Counted from the first letter of the stretch, positions 35,502 to 44,281 are shown. The stretch is 44,708 bases of DNA from an uncultured Bacteroidales bacterium (GCA_964449015.1 CAYVBH010000003.1:1-44708); one strand, 5' to 3'. A program made the numbers and translations. The notes: generated by a model from the sequence alone, not told the origin.

Positions 35502-36560
35502 ATGGCTCTTTTAACGTTTCATAATGTAGGAATCTCTGGTTTTACAGCAGCAGTTCCTAAACATATTATTAATAACTACACTCATGACCGTTTCTTCAGC
35601 AAGGAGGAAATACGGGAGGTGATAGAAAAAATAGGGGTCAAACAACGAAGATTTGCCGACAATAATACCTGCTCTTCAGATCTTTGTTTTGCAGCAGCCG
35701 AAGAATTGATCAGGGAGATGTCCATTGATCGTAATGAAATAGACCTATTGATTTTCATTTCACAAACACCTGATTACCGTATGCCAGCAACTTCGGTTCT
35801 TCTTCAGGATCGACTTAAGCTTCCACAAAGCACGATAACTATCGACATTAATCTAGGATGCTCTGCATTTCTTTACGGTTTAAGTGTAGCATTTTCTATG
35901 ATTAGTGCGGGGGGAATAAGAAAGGCACTCATTCTTGATGGTGAAACAAGATCTAAAGTTTATTCTCAGAAGGATCGGAAGACAGCATTTTTGTTTGGCG
36001 ACGGTGGAGTAGCAGCCATTGTTGAAGAAAAGGTAAAGTATGGCGATAGCTTTTTCTCGTTGAATTCGGACGGTTCGCGTGAAAACCTGATAAAGATACC
36101 TGCCGGTGGCTACAGAAAAATGAGCTCATTTGAAACTTTAGAGGAAAAGGTCATAGATGATTTTGGGAATATTCGGTCTGAGGAGCATGGATACATGAAC
36201 GGAGCTGATGTGTTTAACTTTGTTATCAGGGAAGTGCCAAAAGACTTTATAAGGCTTGTTGAGTATTCATCAGTCGTTTTAGATACAATCGATTTCTTTG
36301 TATTCCATCAGGCCAACAGCTATATAAACGACTTCCTCGCTAAGAAATTAAAATTGCCTGCAGACAGGATTCCTTCCACAATAGAAAAATTTGGGAATAC
36401 ATCATCTGTTTCAATTCCTCTCACAATTGTATCAGAGTTGAAAGATAAGCTGTCAGGACACAGACGGATGCTGATGAGTGGGTTCGGTGTTGGTCTTACA
36501 TGGGGTACAGCGATCATAGATTTTGAAGACTGTCATATTGGTAATATTGTCGAGGTCTGA
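35502..36560 (+). CDS. 3-oxoacyl-ACP synthase III (FabH-like KASIII)
   Basis: The ORF track starts at TTG 35463. ATG 35502 lies 4 nt after the ACP stop. Cys-His-Asn triad contexts are INLGCSAFLYGL, FVFHQANSYI and FGNTSSVSIPL. Confidence 0.8.
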   Translation: MALLTFHNVGISGFTAAVPKHIINNYTHDRFFSKEEIREVIEKIGVKQRRFADNNTCSSDLCFAAAEELIREMSIDRNEIDLLIFISQTPDYRMPATSVLLQDRLKLPQSTITIDINLGCSAFLYGLSVAFSMISAGGIRKALILDGETRSKVYSQKDRKTAFLFGDGGVAAIVEEKVKYGDSFFSLNSDGSRENLIKIPAGGYRKMSSFETLEEKVIDDFGNIRSEEHGYMNGADVFNFVIREVPKDFIRLVEYSSVVLDTIDFFVFHQANSYINDFLAKKLKLPADRIPSTIEKFGNTSSVSIPLTIVSELKDKLSGHRRMLMSGFGVGLTWGTAIIDFEDCHIGNIVEV

Positions 36561-36576
36561 AAATTGATTGAAGCAA

Positions 36577-37347
36577 ATGAATGATCAGGATTCATTCTCC
36601 CTTCAGGGCAAATCTATTGTTGTAAGTGGCGCTTCGTCTGGTATTGGCAGAGCCTGTGCTTTATTGTTTGCCAAAAGAGGTGCTTCACTGTGCCTGCTTG
36701 GCCGTGATCAGGATAGGTTGCGGGAAACACTGGAACTAACAGATAATCAGCATAATCATGTTTTATTCTCCGTTGATCTAACTGAGTTTGGAATTGTTGC
36801 TGAAACGGTAAAGAGCATTTATAATTTGCTAGGACCAATCTCTGGCATTGTAAATAGCGCAGGTATCTCCACCACTCTCCCTTTTAATGCAACTTCAGAG
36901 GAAAAGATTGAGCATTTTTTTAGAACAAATGTGACAGGTCCAATAAATCTTACAAGACATCTTATGAGAAAAACCAGCTTTTCAAGTAAGGGGGGAAGCG
37001 TTGTTTTTATAAGCTCAGTAATGAGCATGGTAGGCGAGAAGGGTAAAACATTATACTCAATGACGAAAGGAGCACTTATCTCAGCAGTGAAATCTATGGC
37101 AGTTGAGTTGGCTGAAAGGGATATTAGGGTAAATGCTGTTCTACCTGGAGTAGTGAACTCGCCGATGTCAAAAACTGCAGTTTACAGCAGGGATTCGGAA
37201 ACTTTAAGTAGAATAGAAGCGTTACACCCACTTGGGCTAGGAGAACCTGTTGACGTGGCAAATGCATGCTTGTTTCTGCTATCAGATGCTTCAAGATGGA
37301 TCACCGGTACAAGTCTTGTGGTTGACGGGGGATATATGGCAAGGTAG
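36577..37347 (+). CDS. Short-chain dehydrogenase, 3-oxoacyl-ACP reductase (FabG-like)
   Basis: The ORF track starts at TTG 36568; the first ATG is 36577. Cofactor motif VSGASSGIGRA, NSAG, and catalytic YSMTKGAL. Confidence 0.8.
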   Translation: MNDQDSFSLQGKSIVVSGASSGIGRACALLFAKRGASLCLLGRDQDRLRETLELTDNQHNHVLFSVDLTEFGIVAETVKSIYNLLGPISGIVNSAGISTTLPFNATSEEKIEHFFRTNVTGPINLTRHLMRKTSFSSKGGSVVFISSVMSMVGEKGKTLYSMTKGALISAVKSMAVELAERDIRVNAVLPGVVNSPMSKTAVYSRDSETLSRIEALHPLGLGEPVDVANACLFLLSDASRWITGTSLVVDGGYMAR

Positions 37348-37374
37348 ATTCTGGTTGATGAGAATGGTCTGACC

Positions 37375-38037
37375 ATGAAAGATATTATAATAATCGGATC
37401 CGGTGGTCATGCAGCTGAGATCGATGAGTATATACTGTATAATAAAAAGCACTCATGTTGCGAAGAAATGAAAATTATTGGTTTTCTGGATGATAATCCA
37501 GATAACTATGCAAGGTATAAGTTTTCGGCACCGTTGATCGATAGCGTAATAAAGCACAAAGTTTTAAAAGATTGTTTCTATATCATTGGAATAGCAGGCA
37601 CGCAATATCGGAGACTTCTCGTACAGCGTTATATTGGTGAAGGTGCTCGTTTTGCATCCCTTGTCCATTGTACTGCATATATTTCAAGTTCTGCCACTAT
37701 TGGAGAAGGAAGCATTATAGGACCGAACTCAAATATTGGACCGAATGTATGCATTGGGAAGTACACACTTATTAATTCAAGGTGCAGTCTGGGGCATGAC
37801 ACAATCGTTGGAGATTATAACATTCTAAGTCCAAATACCTGTCTATCAGGATTCACCAAGGTGGGAGATGAGAATTTAATTGGCATCAACTGTGCCACAA
37901 TTCCTGGCATAATAATCGGAGATCGTAATAAAATCGCCGCTGGAATGATAGTAGACAATAATGTCGGAGATGATAGTGTGGTTTTTTATCGCTATAAAGA
38001 ACGGATTATTGCTGTTCCTAAGAGGAATAATGATTGA
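37375..38037 (+). CDS. NeuD/PglD-type left-handed beta-helix (hexapeptide) acyltransferase
   Basis: 220 aa. N-terminal IIIIGSGGHAAEIDEY (NeuD/PglD-type Rossmann-like lobe), then hexapeptide repeats (IGEGSIIGPNSNIGPNVCIGKYTLINSRCSLGHDTIVGDYNILSPNTCL). Confidence 0.75.
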   Translation: MKDIIIIGSGGHAAEIDEYILYNKKHSCCEEMKIIGFLDDNPDNYARYKFSAPLIDSVIKHKVLKDCFYIIGIAGTQYRRLLVQRYIGEGARFASLVHCTAYISSSATIGEGSIIGPNSNIGPNVCIGKYTLINSRCSLGHDTIVGDYNILSPNTCLSGFTKVGDENLIGINCATIPGIIIGDRNKIAAGMIVDNNVGDDSVVFYRYKERIIAVPKRNND

Positions 38038-38121
38038 TGAACCAACTGGGTTGTTATCTGGCATTCGCTATAGCTGTCTTTTGAAATCCAGTTCATTAAT
38101 ATTTACCGTTTGAAGATAAAG

Positions 38122-40617
38122 CTATCTCTTAATAAATTTCTTGGCACTGATAATTCTGTTTTCACTGGAGATCATCAGAATATAAGTGCCTGCAACTTCA
38201 TGGGACAAATCCAATTCCCGGTGTGTTTCAAAGTCGGCCAATTTATCTTCAAAGATGGTTTCCCCCAAGAGATTTGTAATTATTATTTTTTTCCCAAAGC
38301 CAGGTATTTCAGAGTATATATCTATTGCGAATTGACCATGATTTGGATTTGGCGAAAGTTTAAAAATATCCTCATAAATACTTAGGTCACCGATAAAGAT
38401 TTTGATAGGCATGGATGATATTGAAGCATTCCGGTTATCCGTAGCAATTGCCGTAATAATGTAAGTCCCGGTGTCAACATTTTGAAGGGTATATTCGAAA
38501 GGGGCACTATTTACTAGGGCTAGGGATGTATCTCGGTTTTTGAATTCTACATTTAAAATAGTGCCATCCGGGTCATAAGCGGCAGCGACAAGCACAATAT
38601 TATCATGTTTTTTTGGTTTTTTGGATTTTCCCTGTGGATAGTAAGTAACATCAACGACAGGCAATTCATTGGCAATCTGAGCAGCCTTTTCAACTAATAC
38701 AGTTACGGTTTCAGAGACTGTTTTTGCTCCTAAGTTATCTGTAGCAACAGCATAAATGATATATATGCCTTCCACAACGTCTTTCCAAACACAGTTGAAT
38801 GGATTGGAGGGCGCTTCGGCAAGTTTTATGTCACCGGCATAAAATTCTACTTTTATCACTAAACCATCAGGGTCCATGGCAGTTGCCTCAATAGTAATTG
38901 TTGCTGGCGCTATGAAAGTCAAATTCTTTGTTGGTGAGGTAATTGTAACTAGCGGCGCTTGATTTGCCGCAGATGTACAGTTATTGGTTACTGATTGAGC
39001 TGCAAGCGATGAGGCCTGACCTCCGGCAGGATTTTGAAGAGGGTTTGTTGCAGGTTTGACATAAGCAACAGTAACTATGTCACCATAGATGACCGGGCTT
39101 GTAAGAGTCAGGAGTACTTTTGTTCCTGAGATTGCAATCGAGCTTACGGTTCGTGTAACGGAGTTGACTTTAACTGCAAAGGCTGAAGTTGCGGGTACAA
39201 TGTTGGCCAGGGTCTGGTTAAATGTCATTTCCAGTCTGGCAGGAGTGGTGTTTTCAATCACAGCACCAACGAATATTGGAGGGGATGGATCCACTGCTAC
39301 AGAATTATATTCTGAGTAACCAAGATCCGGGCCAGTACCACTGAAGGAAAGTCCAACATTTATACCAACATCAATGAGATCACTTCCTTCAACCAGTTTT
39401 AAAAAGGAAATGTCAGGTAGTGACCCATCTAGTTTTCTTGGTGCCGTCAGCTCTTGAAGAGATAACGATTTATTTGTCAGAACAAAGTCTGCATTTGATA
39501 CTGTTACTCCCAGCTCAACATTCCATGAATTGTGATCATCAGTATAAAAAAGATACTCTGAAATCTCAGCAAGTCCGTTTAAGAAGGAGACGTTATTACG
39601 ATACACATTATTTTTCTGTATTCCAATGTTGTTACCGTGGTTTACAAATCCCCAAAATTTATTATTATATGAGGTATTATTATAAATTCGGGACTCCTCA
39701 GTAGCCATTCCATTATTGTTTTCATCAAAACCAATTTTGTTAAATGCAGAAATATTATTATGGACTCTGTAGGTTGTTTCCGAATTATATTGATCTGGGT
39801 CAGGATTCATTTTGTATCCAGTTCCATCTCCATTTAATTTCCCGTTATCAAATGACCAACAATTTCTTATTTCAATCAATCCCAAAGGTGTAGTATTGAA
39901 TCCATCATCGGAATTATTCCATGCTCTGCATCCATCAAAAAGCAGATATGCTGCCTTTTGATTAATTGCCTGCCAACCATCACCCCAACCTCCTTCCTCT
40001 CCTGGAGCGGCTAAACTATCACAACAATTATAGACATCACAATTAATAAAACATGTTGTATCAGGTCCAAGTGTTGGATCATAGTAGATTCCACGACCGG
40101 TTATGTTATGGACGGTTATGTTTTTATAGGTATGAAATTTGCAGTCTACTGATACCAATCCTTGAACAAATACCCTCAAATATTTCTGCCAATAATTCCT
40201 TATTGTAAGGCCCTCAAAGTGTAAATAATTTGCACCATCTATATATATGCCAGCGTTATATCCAGTACTTTCTCCTGGGTCATCTGGTACAATATTTCTG
40301 CCATCCAAGATCGGCACGTTCCCTGCTTGCCAGTCTGGAGGATAAGCTATATAATGAATAAAATAATCCGAAGTTCCACTATAACCACTACCATCCCTCG
40401 GCACAATCACTTGTGTTTTCGTTGGATAATATACCCCACCCCTAATAAACACCGTATCGCCTGCCCGGGCAGTGTTAAAAGCTTTCTGCCATGTTGACCA
40501 TGGCTGGGTTAGTGTGCCAGGGAAGAGATCACTTCCGCCTGTTGCCGCGACATAGTATGTTTTGGCTGAAATAAGCGGAGCAATAAGAACTAAAGCCAGA
40601 GTAAAAATCTTTTTCAA
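38122..40617 (-). CDS. T9SS-secreted right-handed beta-helix protein with Ig-like repeats (candidate polysaccharide lyase/hydrolase/epimerase)
   Basis: The ORF extends to ATG 40689. TTG 40617 gives MKKIFTLALVLIAPLISA, a clean signal peptide. The N-terminal block is YYVAATGGSD..GTLTQPWSTWQKAFNTARAGDTVFIRGGVY, followed by PbH1-like repeats. A SwmB/cadherin-like Ig domain follows (FAVKVNSVTRTVSSIAISGTKVLLTL). Then come two about 95-aa Ig-like repeats sharing (A/Y)DPDG...(V/N)VEF(Y/K). The C-terminal T9SS type-A sorting domain reads LSPNPNHGQFAIDI...ITNLLGETIF...LDLSHEVAGTYILMI...AKKFIKR. Confidence 0.8.
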   Translation of the reverse strand: MKKIFTLALVLIAPLISAKTYYVAATGGSDLFPGTLTQPWSTWQKAFNTARAGDTVFIRGGVYYPTKTQVIVPRDGSGYSGTSDYFIHYIAYPPDWQAGNVPILDGRNIVPDDPGESTGYNAGIYIDGANYLHFEGLTIRNYWQKYLRVFVQGLVSVDCKFHTYKNITVHNITGRGIYYDPTLGPDTTCFINCDVYNCCDSLAAPGEEGGWGDGWQAINQKAAYLLFDGCRAWNNSDDGFNTTPLGLIEIRNCWSFDNGKLNGDGTGYKMNPDPDQYNSETTYRVHNNISAFNKIGFDENNNGMATEESRIYNNTSYNNKFWGFVNHGNNIGIQKNNVYRNNVSFLNGLAEISEYLFYTDDHNSWNVELGVTVSNADFVLTNKSLSLQELTAPRKLDGSLPDISFLKLVEGSDLIDVGINVGLSFSGTGPDLGYSEYNSVAVDPSPPIFVGAVIENTTPARLEMTFNQTLANIVPATSAFAVKVNSVTRTVSSIAISGTKVLLTLTSPVIYGDIVTVAYVKPATNPLQNPAGGQASSLAAQSVTNNCTSAANQAPLVTITSPTKNLTFIAPATITIEATAMDPDGLVIKVEFYAGDIKLAEAPSNPFNCVWKDVVEGIYIIYAVATDNLGAKTVSETVTVLVEKAAQIANELPVVDVTYYPQGKSKKPKKHDNIVLVAAAYDPDGTILNVEFKNRDTSLALVNSAPFEYTLQNVDTGTYIITAIATDNRNASISSMPIKIFIGDLSIYEDIFKLSPNPNHGQFAIDIYSEIPGFGKKIIITNLLGETIFEDKLADFETHRELDLSHEVAGTYILMISSENRIISAKKFIKR

Positions 40618-40655
40618 TGTACCACGATATTTGACGAATGGAAAATAATATTTGA

Positions 40656-40663
40656 CAAACGTA
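40656..40663 (-). promoter_or_regulatory. Candidate Bacteroidota -7 promoter element TAcgTTTG
   Basis: The minus strand reads TACGTTTG, with 38 nt between it and the TTG start at 40617. It lies downstream of the alternative ATG at 40689, which argues against that ATG. The upstream TTTG is only about 13 nt away, so there is no good -33 element. Confidence 0.3.
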
Positions 40664-40910
40664 ATAAATTTAACGACAAAAATGCACAATTGTTACATTT
40701 ATCGAGATGTTTTTTAAAAAAATATGTAAGTTCTATTAAGTATGTCAGAACTGTGGACGAGACTATTTACTAAGACACTTGTTTTCCGAAGCGTTATGTA
40801 TTGCTTCTGTATACTATTTGCATAACTCATATCGTTCTTCAATTCTGTGCTGAGGCAAAATAGCGATCATTTAAGCAGATAGCATTTAAAGACAAAATAG
40901 AAAGACAAGT

Positions 40911-42344
40911 ATGCAAATCGTTTCCTTAAGCTTCATTTTTGTTACGATTTTTGCCATTTATGTTTACTATCTATTAAAACACGACCATAGAGTCTTCTTC
41001 CTGGCTGTTTTGAGTTGTGGATTTATATTATCCTTCAGCCCTTTGCTACTGATCTATGTTATTATCTATTCACTTATTAATTACTATCTTGGAATATTAG
41101 GCGGTTCTGCTCGGTGGAAAAAAATAGCATTTAGGGTTGGCATTTTTGTCAATTTGCTTCAACTGGCTATTATGAATTATGCCTCTTTTGCAATTGACCC
41201 TGTATTAAATCTCTTTGGTTCAGACTTTAAAGTTTCAAGTTTATCCGATATTATTGTTCCAATCGGGATATCATATTTTACACTGCAAGGGATCGGATAC
41301 TTGATAAATATTAAAATGAATTGGGAGAAGCCTGAAAGTAACTTCATAAATTTTTTTCTGTATATCAGTTTTTATCCAAAGTTCCTTTCAGGTCCGATTG
41401 AACGCTCTAATCAATTTCTGCCACAACTTAAAGCTGGGATTACTTTCAATGAGCAAGAAGTTTCATCGGGATTGAGATTGGCATTAATAGGTTTATTCAA
41501 AAAAGTCGTTATAGCAGATCAGTTATCTCCATTGGTGATAAAAATGTATGCTGCATTAAACCAAATTGATGGATCTGTGCTATGGTTGTTGGTGGTACTC
41601 CAGACGCTCTATTTATACTTTGATTTTTCTGGTTATACAGACATTGCCTTAGGAATCTCAAGATCTTTTGGAATTAAGTTAACCCCAAATTTCAATCGTC
41701 CTTTTTTTGCAGAGAATGTAACAACTTTTTGGAAAAGATTTCATATTTCACTTTCTTCTTGGTTTAATGATTATATATTTCGTCAGATTAGTTTCAAACA
41801 TCGACGATGGGGAGTTATTGCATCTGCTTATGCCGTATTCCTCACTTTTTTCTGTTTTGGTCTTTGGCATGGGGCAGGATGGAATTTTATGGTTTTAGGG
41901 ATATTGCAAGCCATTGCTATTAATTTCGAATTCTTTTCAAAAAAGTGGAGAGTGAAGCTATTTGCGAAACTTCCTTATTTTTTTAGGGCTTTGATTGGAC
42001 GCGTGGTTACATGCATTTTTTTCGGCATATCTTTGGTATTCTTTTTTTCCCCAGATTTTGCCTCAACAATGTTGTTTTTTTCGAAGATAAATTTCCAAAG
42101 TGCTAATCATTTGCAAAATTGGATAAATGAGATTCCTTATTCTGTCTATATTTTCATACTAATTTATTTCGCTTTTGAATACATAAACAATGACTTTACA
42201 AGTATTTCACTTAAGCTATTACAATTCATGTCGGGAAGCAGTAAGATAAAAATGATGTTCAGATGGACTGTTTTTTCCATAATGCTATTAGGTATTATAA
42301 TATCATGGAACAAAGGAGAACAATTTATCTATTCACATTTCTAG
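40911..42344 (+). CDS. MBOAT family membrane O-acyltransferase (AlgI/DltB-like)
   Basis: 477 aa and polytopic. FWKRFHISLSSWFNDYIF and the conserved-His block FGLWHGAGWNF are typical of AlgI/DltB. Confidence 0.8.
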   Translation: MQIVSLSFIFVTIFAIYVYYLLKHDHRVFFLAVLSCGFILSFSPLLLIYVIIYSLINYYLGILGGSARWKKIAFRVGIFVNLLQLAIMNYASFAIDPVLNLFGSDFKVSSLSDIIVPIGISYFTLQGIGYLINIKMNWEKPESNFINFFLYISFYPKFLSGPIERSNQFLPQLKAGITFNEQEVSSGLRLALIGLFKKVVIADQLSPLVIKMYAALNQIDGSVLWLLVVLQTLYLYFDFSGYTDIALGISRSFGIKLTPNFNRPFFAENVTTFWKRFHISLSSWFNDYIFRQISFKHRRWGVIASAYAVFLTFFCFGLWHGAGWNFMVLGILQAIAINFEFFSKKWRVKLFAKLPYFFRALIGRVVTCIFFGISLVFFFSPDFASTMLFFSKINFQSANHLQNWINEIPYSVYIFILIYFAFEYINNDFTSISLKLLQFMSGSSKIKMMFRWTVFSIMLLGIIISWNKGEQFIYSHF

Positions 42345-42346
42345 CC

Positions 42347-43234
42347 ATGCATAGTTTGTTACTAAGATCATTGAAGTTTATTATTTTCTTTTTAATATTT
42401 TTTGTTGTTGTCAATTCTTTATACGTTGTGCTAATTTCAGTTACAGATTTTGATGTGAAAAAACGTATTGAGTCTTTAACTTTTAAGGACCCTGACTATG
42501 ATCTTATAGTTTTGGGTGCAAGCACTTCACTTGATGGCATCGATACCGAATACCTTACATTTAACGGGATAAAATCATATAATATGGCCATTAGTGGCGC
42601 CTCAATAAAGACCAATGTTATACAACTTAATGAGTATATCAAAAAGTATGATAAACACCCAAAGATAGTGCTTTTCGGACTTAATTCTCAGCTTGTTAAG
42701 TCCTTTGATGAGAATGCTGTGAACCCGATCGTTGATGTCACGATGGAGGGGCATAAGTACAATCTGGACGATGTGCCTTTGATAAGGTTCAAGTGGCTTG
42801 GCAAAGAATTCCTTAAAAAAATCTTGAGTCGGGATATTCGAAAAGCTAAGCTGGTAGATGGTCAACTGAAACTGCGGAAATCGAGCAATGATAGGACCAC
42901 CCATAAGGAGCTATTGCTGCCATTAGAAAAATTTACTTCATCATTTTGGCTCGGAGGATTAGCAGAAGTCTGCTCTATAAATAATATAGCATTAATACTT
43001 ATCGAAATGCCTGGTTTCAAGGATACTCAAAACCTGTCTGGTCAAGGTCCTTATTTGTTGACTTTCCAAAATGGTTATCAGGCCATACTATATAATTTTA
43101 ATCACATAGAATTCTGCAGTATCTTTGATGCAGAAGAAGATTGGATTGGAAATTCTCATCTCAATGAATTTGGAGCAACAAAGTTCACTGAAAAACTCCT
43201 TCCCTTTTTAAGGGCATTATTTATTAATTACTGA
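42347..43234 (+). CDS. Membrane-anchored DltD/AlgJ-like SGNH-fold partner of the MBOAT
   Basis: The ORF track starts at 42263 inside the MBOAT gene. ATG 42347 lies 2 nt after the MBOAT stop and gives an N-terminal anchor (MHSLLLRSLKFIIFFLIFFVVVNSLYVVLI). LIVLGASTSLDG (a GxS block) and WIGNSHLNEFGA (a D/N..H block) resemble DltD-type proteins. Confidence 0.45.
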   Translation: MHSLLLRSLKFIIFFLIFFVVVNSLYVVLISVTDFDVKKRIESLTFKDPDYDLIVLGASTSLDGIDTEYLTFNGIKSYNMAISGASIKTNVIQLNEYIKKYDKHPKIVLFGLNSQLVKSFDENAVNPIVDVTMEGHKYNLDDVPLIRFKWLGKEFLKKILSRDIRKAKLVDGQLKLRKSSNDRTTHKELLLPLEKFTSSFWLGGLAEVCSINNIALILIEMPGFKDTQNLSGQGPYLLTFQNGYQAILYNFNHIEFCSIFDAEEDWIGNSHLNEFGATKFTEKLLPFLRALFINY

Positions 43235-43269
43235 AATAATACAACCTCCTTAGACGATGCCTCAGGATC

Positions 43270-44139
43270 CTATCTAACAGATAGAGTCCCAGTCTGTAAA
43301 GTCCCATTTCCATCATTCTCAATGATATCAATAATCCTATTGAATAGCAAACTGGCGACTTTTACTGCAAAAGCGCTATTTGGGTGAGAATTAGTTGGAG
43401 ATATAGCATATTCATCCTTGAAATAAAAGCCTCCTTCAGTTTGCAGGGCGTACATATCCCAAATATATATATTATCTCCTGGCAGATCCCAATCAGTTAA
43501 GACCCAGTCAAAAAAAAGATTAGCTCTTTTTGCATTATCTTCACTGACACTTGCCCTGGTAAGTGCTGCTCCAGTAAACAGAATAAATTTAGTATTTGGG
43601 AATTGATGCAACTTGTCTCGTAATGCTAGATATTGCAATTTGTAGTTTCCAATGGTTTTTGCACTTGAATTTATATCTGAAGGTTCTTGATCTTCATCAA
43701 TATAACAAACCGGGAAACAATGTTTAAAGATAATTACTTGATATTGCCTTGTGAGCACTTCTAGTGTTGGTTCGCCCATATATGGTTTATCGCCGGCATT
43801 TCTGACCCATATATTATAGTAGTCAAACGGGAAATTGTTCCAACCATATGGTGTTGCATTTGGAAATATTTGTTCTGTTATGCGATATTGGGTGGCATTT
43901 GTTTTATTATAATCATCAAAGAATTTGGGTAGAATTCCTTCTGGAGCCACGCGCCGAGCAAGTTTCTCATTTATTTTTCGTGCAACTCTAACAATTACTG
44001 AAGGAGTTCTTCCATTCCAGATGATCTCGCCAGTACTATGATGAAGGAAGAGGATATTAGTCTCTGAATGATCGTAGGCTTCTTGACATCCAATAAGTAG
44101 AATCGATATGGTTAGAAATATGCAACAAAGATTTTTCAT
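43270..44139 (-). CDS. Lipoprotein, possible SGNH/GDSL-like esterase fold
   Basis: 289 aa. Signal peptide with lipobox LLIGC. ILFLHHSTGEIIW as a possible block I and SPTNSHPN as a possible block V. The functional call is weak. Confidence 0.35.
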   Translation of the reverse strand: MKNLCCIFLTISILLIGCQEAYDHSETNILFLHHSTGEIIWNGRTPSVIVRVARKINEKLARRVAPEGILPKFFDDYNKTNATQYRITEQIFPNATPYGWNNFPFDYYNIWVRNAGDKPYMGEPTLEVLTRQYQVIIFKHCFPVCYIDEDQEPSDINSSAKTIGNYKLQYLALRDKLHQFPNTKFILFTGAALTRASVSEDNAKRANLFFDWVLTDWDLPGDNIYIWDMYALQTEGGFYFKDEYAISPTNSHPNSAFAVKVASLLFNRIIDIIENDGNGTLQTGTLSVR

Positions 44140-44205
44140 TTATGCTTCAGTTAAATTTGAACTTGTCCTTTTATGAAACAAATGATCTAGCTCAAAACCC
44201 AAGAT

Positions 44206-44213
44206 CAAATGTA
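44206..44213 (-). promoter_or_regulatory. Candidate Bacteroidota -7 promoter element TAcaTTTG
   Basis: The minus strand reads TACATTTG, 66 nt upstream of the lipoprotein ATG (44139). No well-spaced -33 TTTG. Confidence 0.25.
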
Positions 44214-44281
44214 TAACTTTTTTGATTCGAGTGAATAAAACTCTTCACAAACAGATTGTCTATAGTAATACTCACCTGAAG

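Noticed and set aside
38110-38385. 91-aa plus-strand ORF at the convergent junction.
   Set aside because: It overlaps, antisense, the T9SS sorting-domain coding region of the 38122-40617 gene, whose CTD motifs are unmistakable.
40618-40689. ATG-initiated 24-residue N-terminal extension of the T9SS beta-helix protein (MCIFVVKFITFVKYYFPFVKYRGT).
   Set aside because: The extension has no signal-peptide logic. A TTG at 40617 gives a textbook signal peptide, and a TAnnTTTG box lies between the two candidate starts. I keep it only as an alternative model.
35276-43234. MBOAT + DltD-like protein + carrier protein read as a DltABCD-like D-alanylation system.
   Set aside because: No DltA-type adenylation enzyme is present. 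The carrier protein belongs to a separate operon, tightly coupled to the KASIII/KR/LbH genes and separated from the MBOAT by an oppositely oriented gene.
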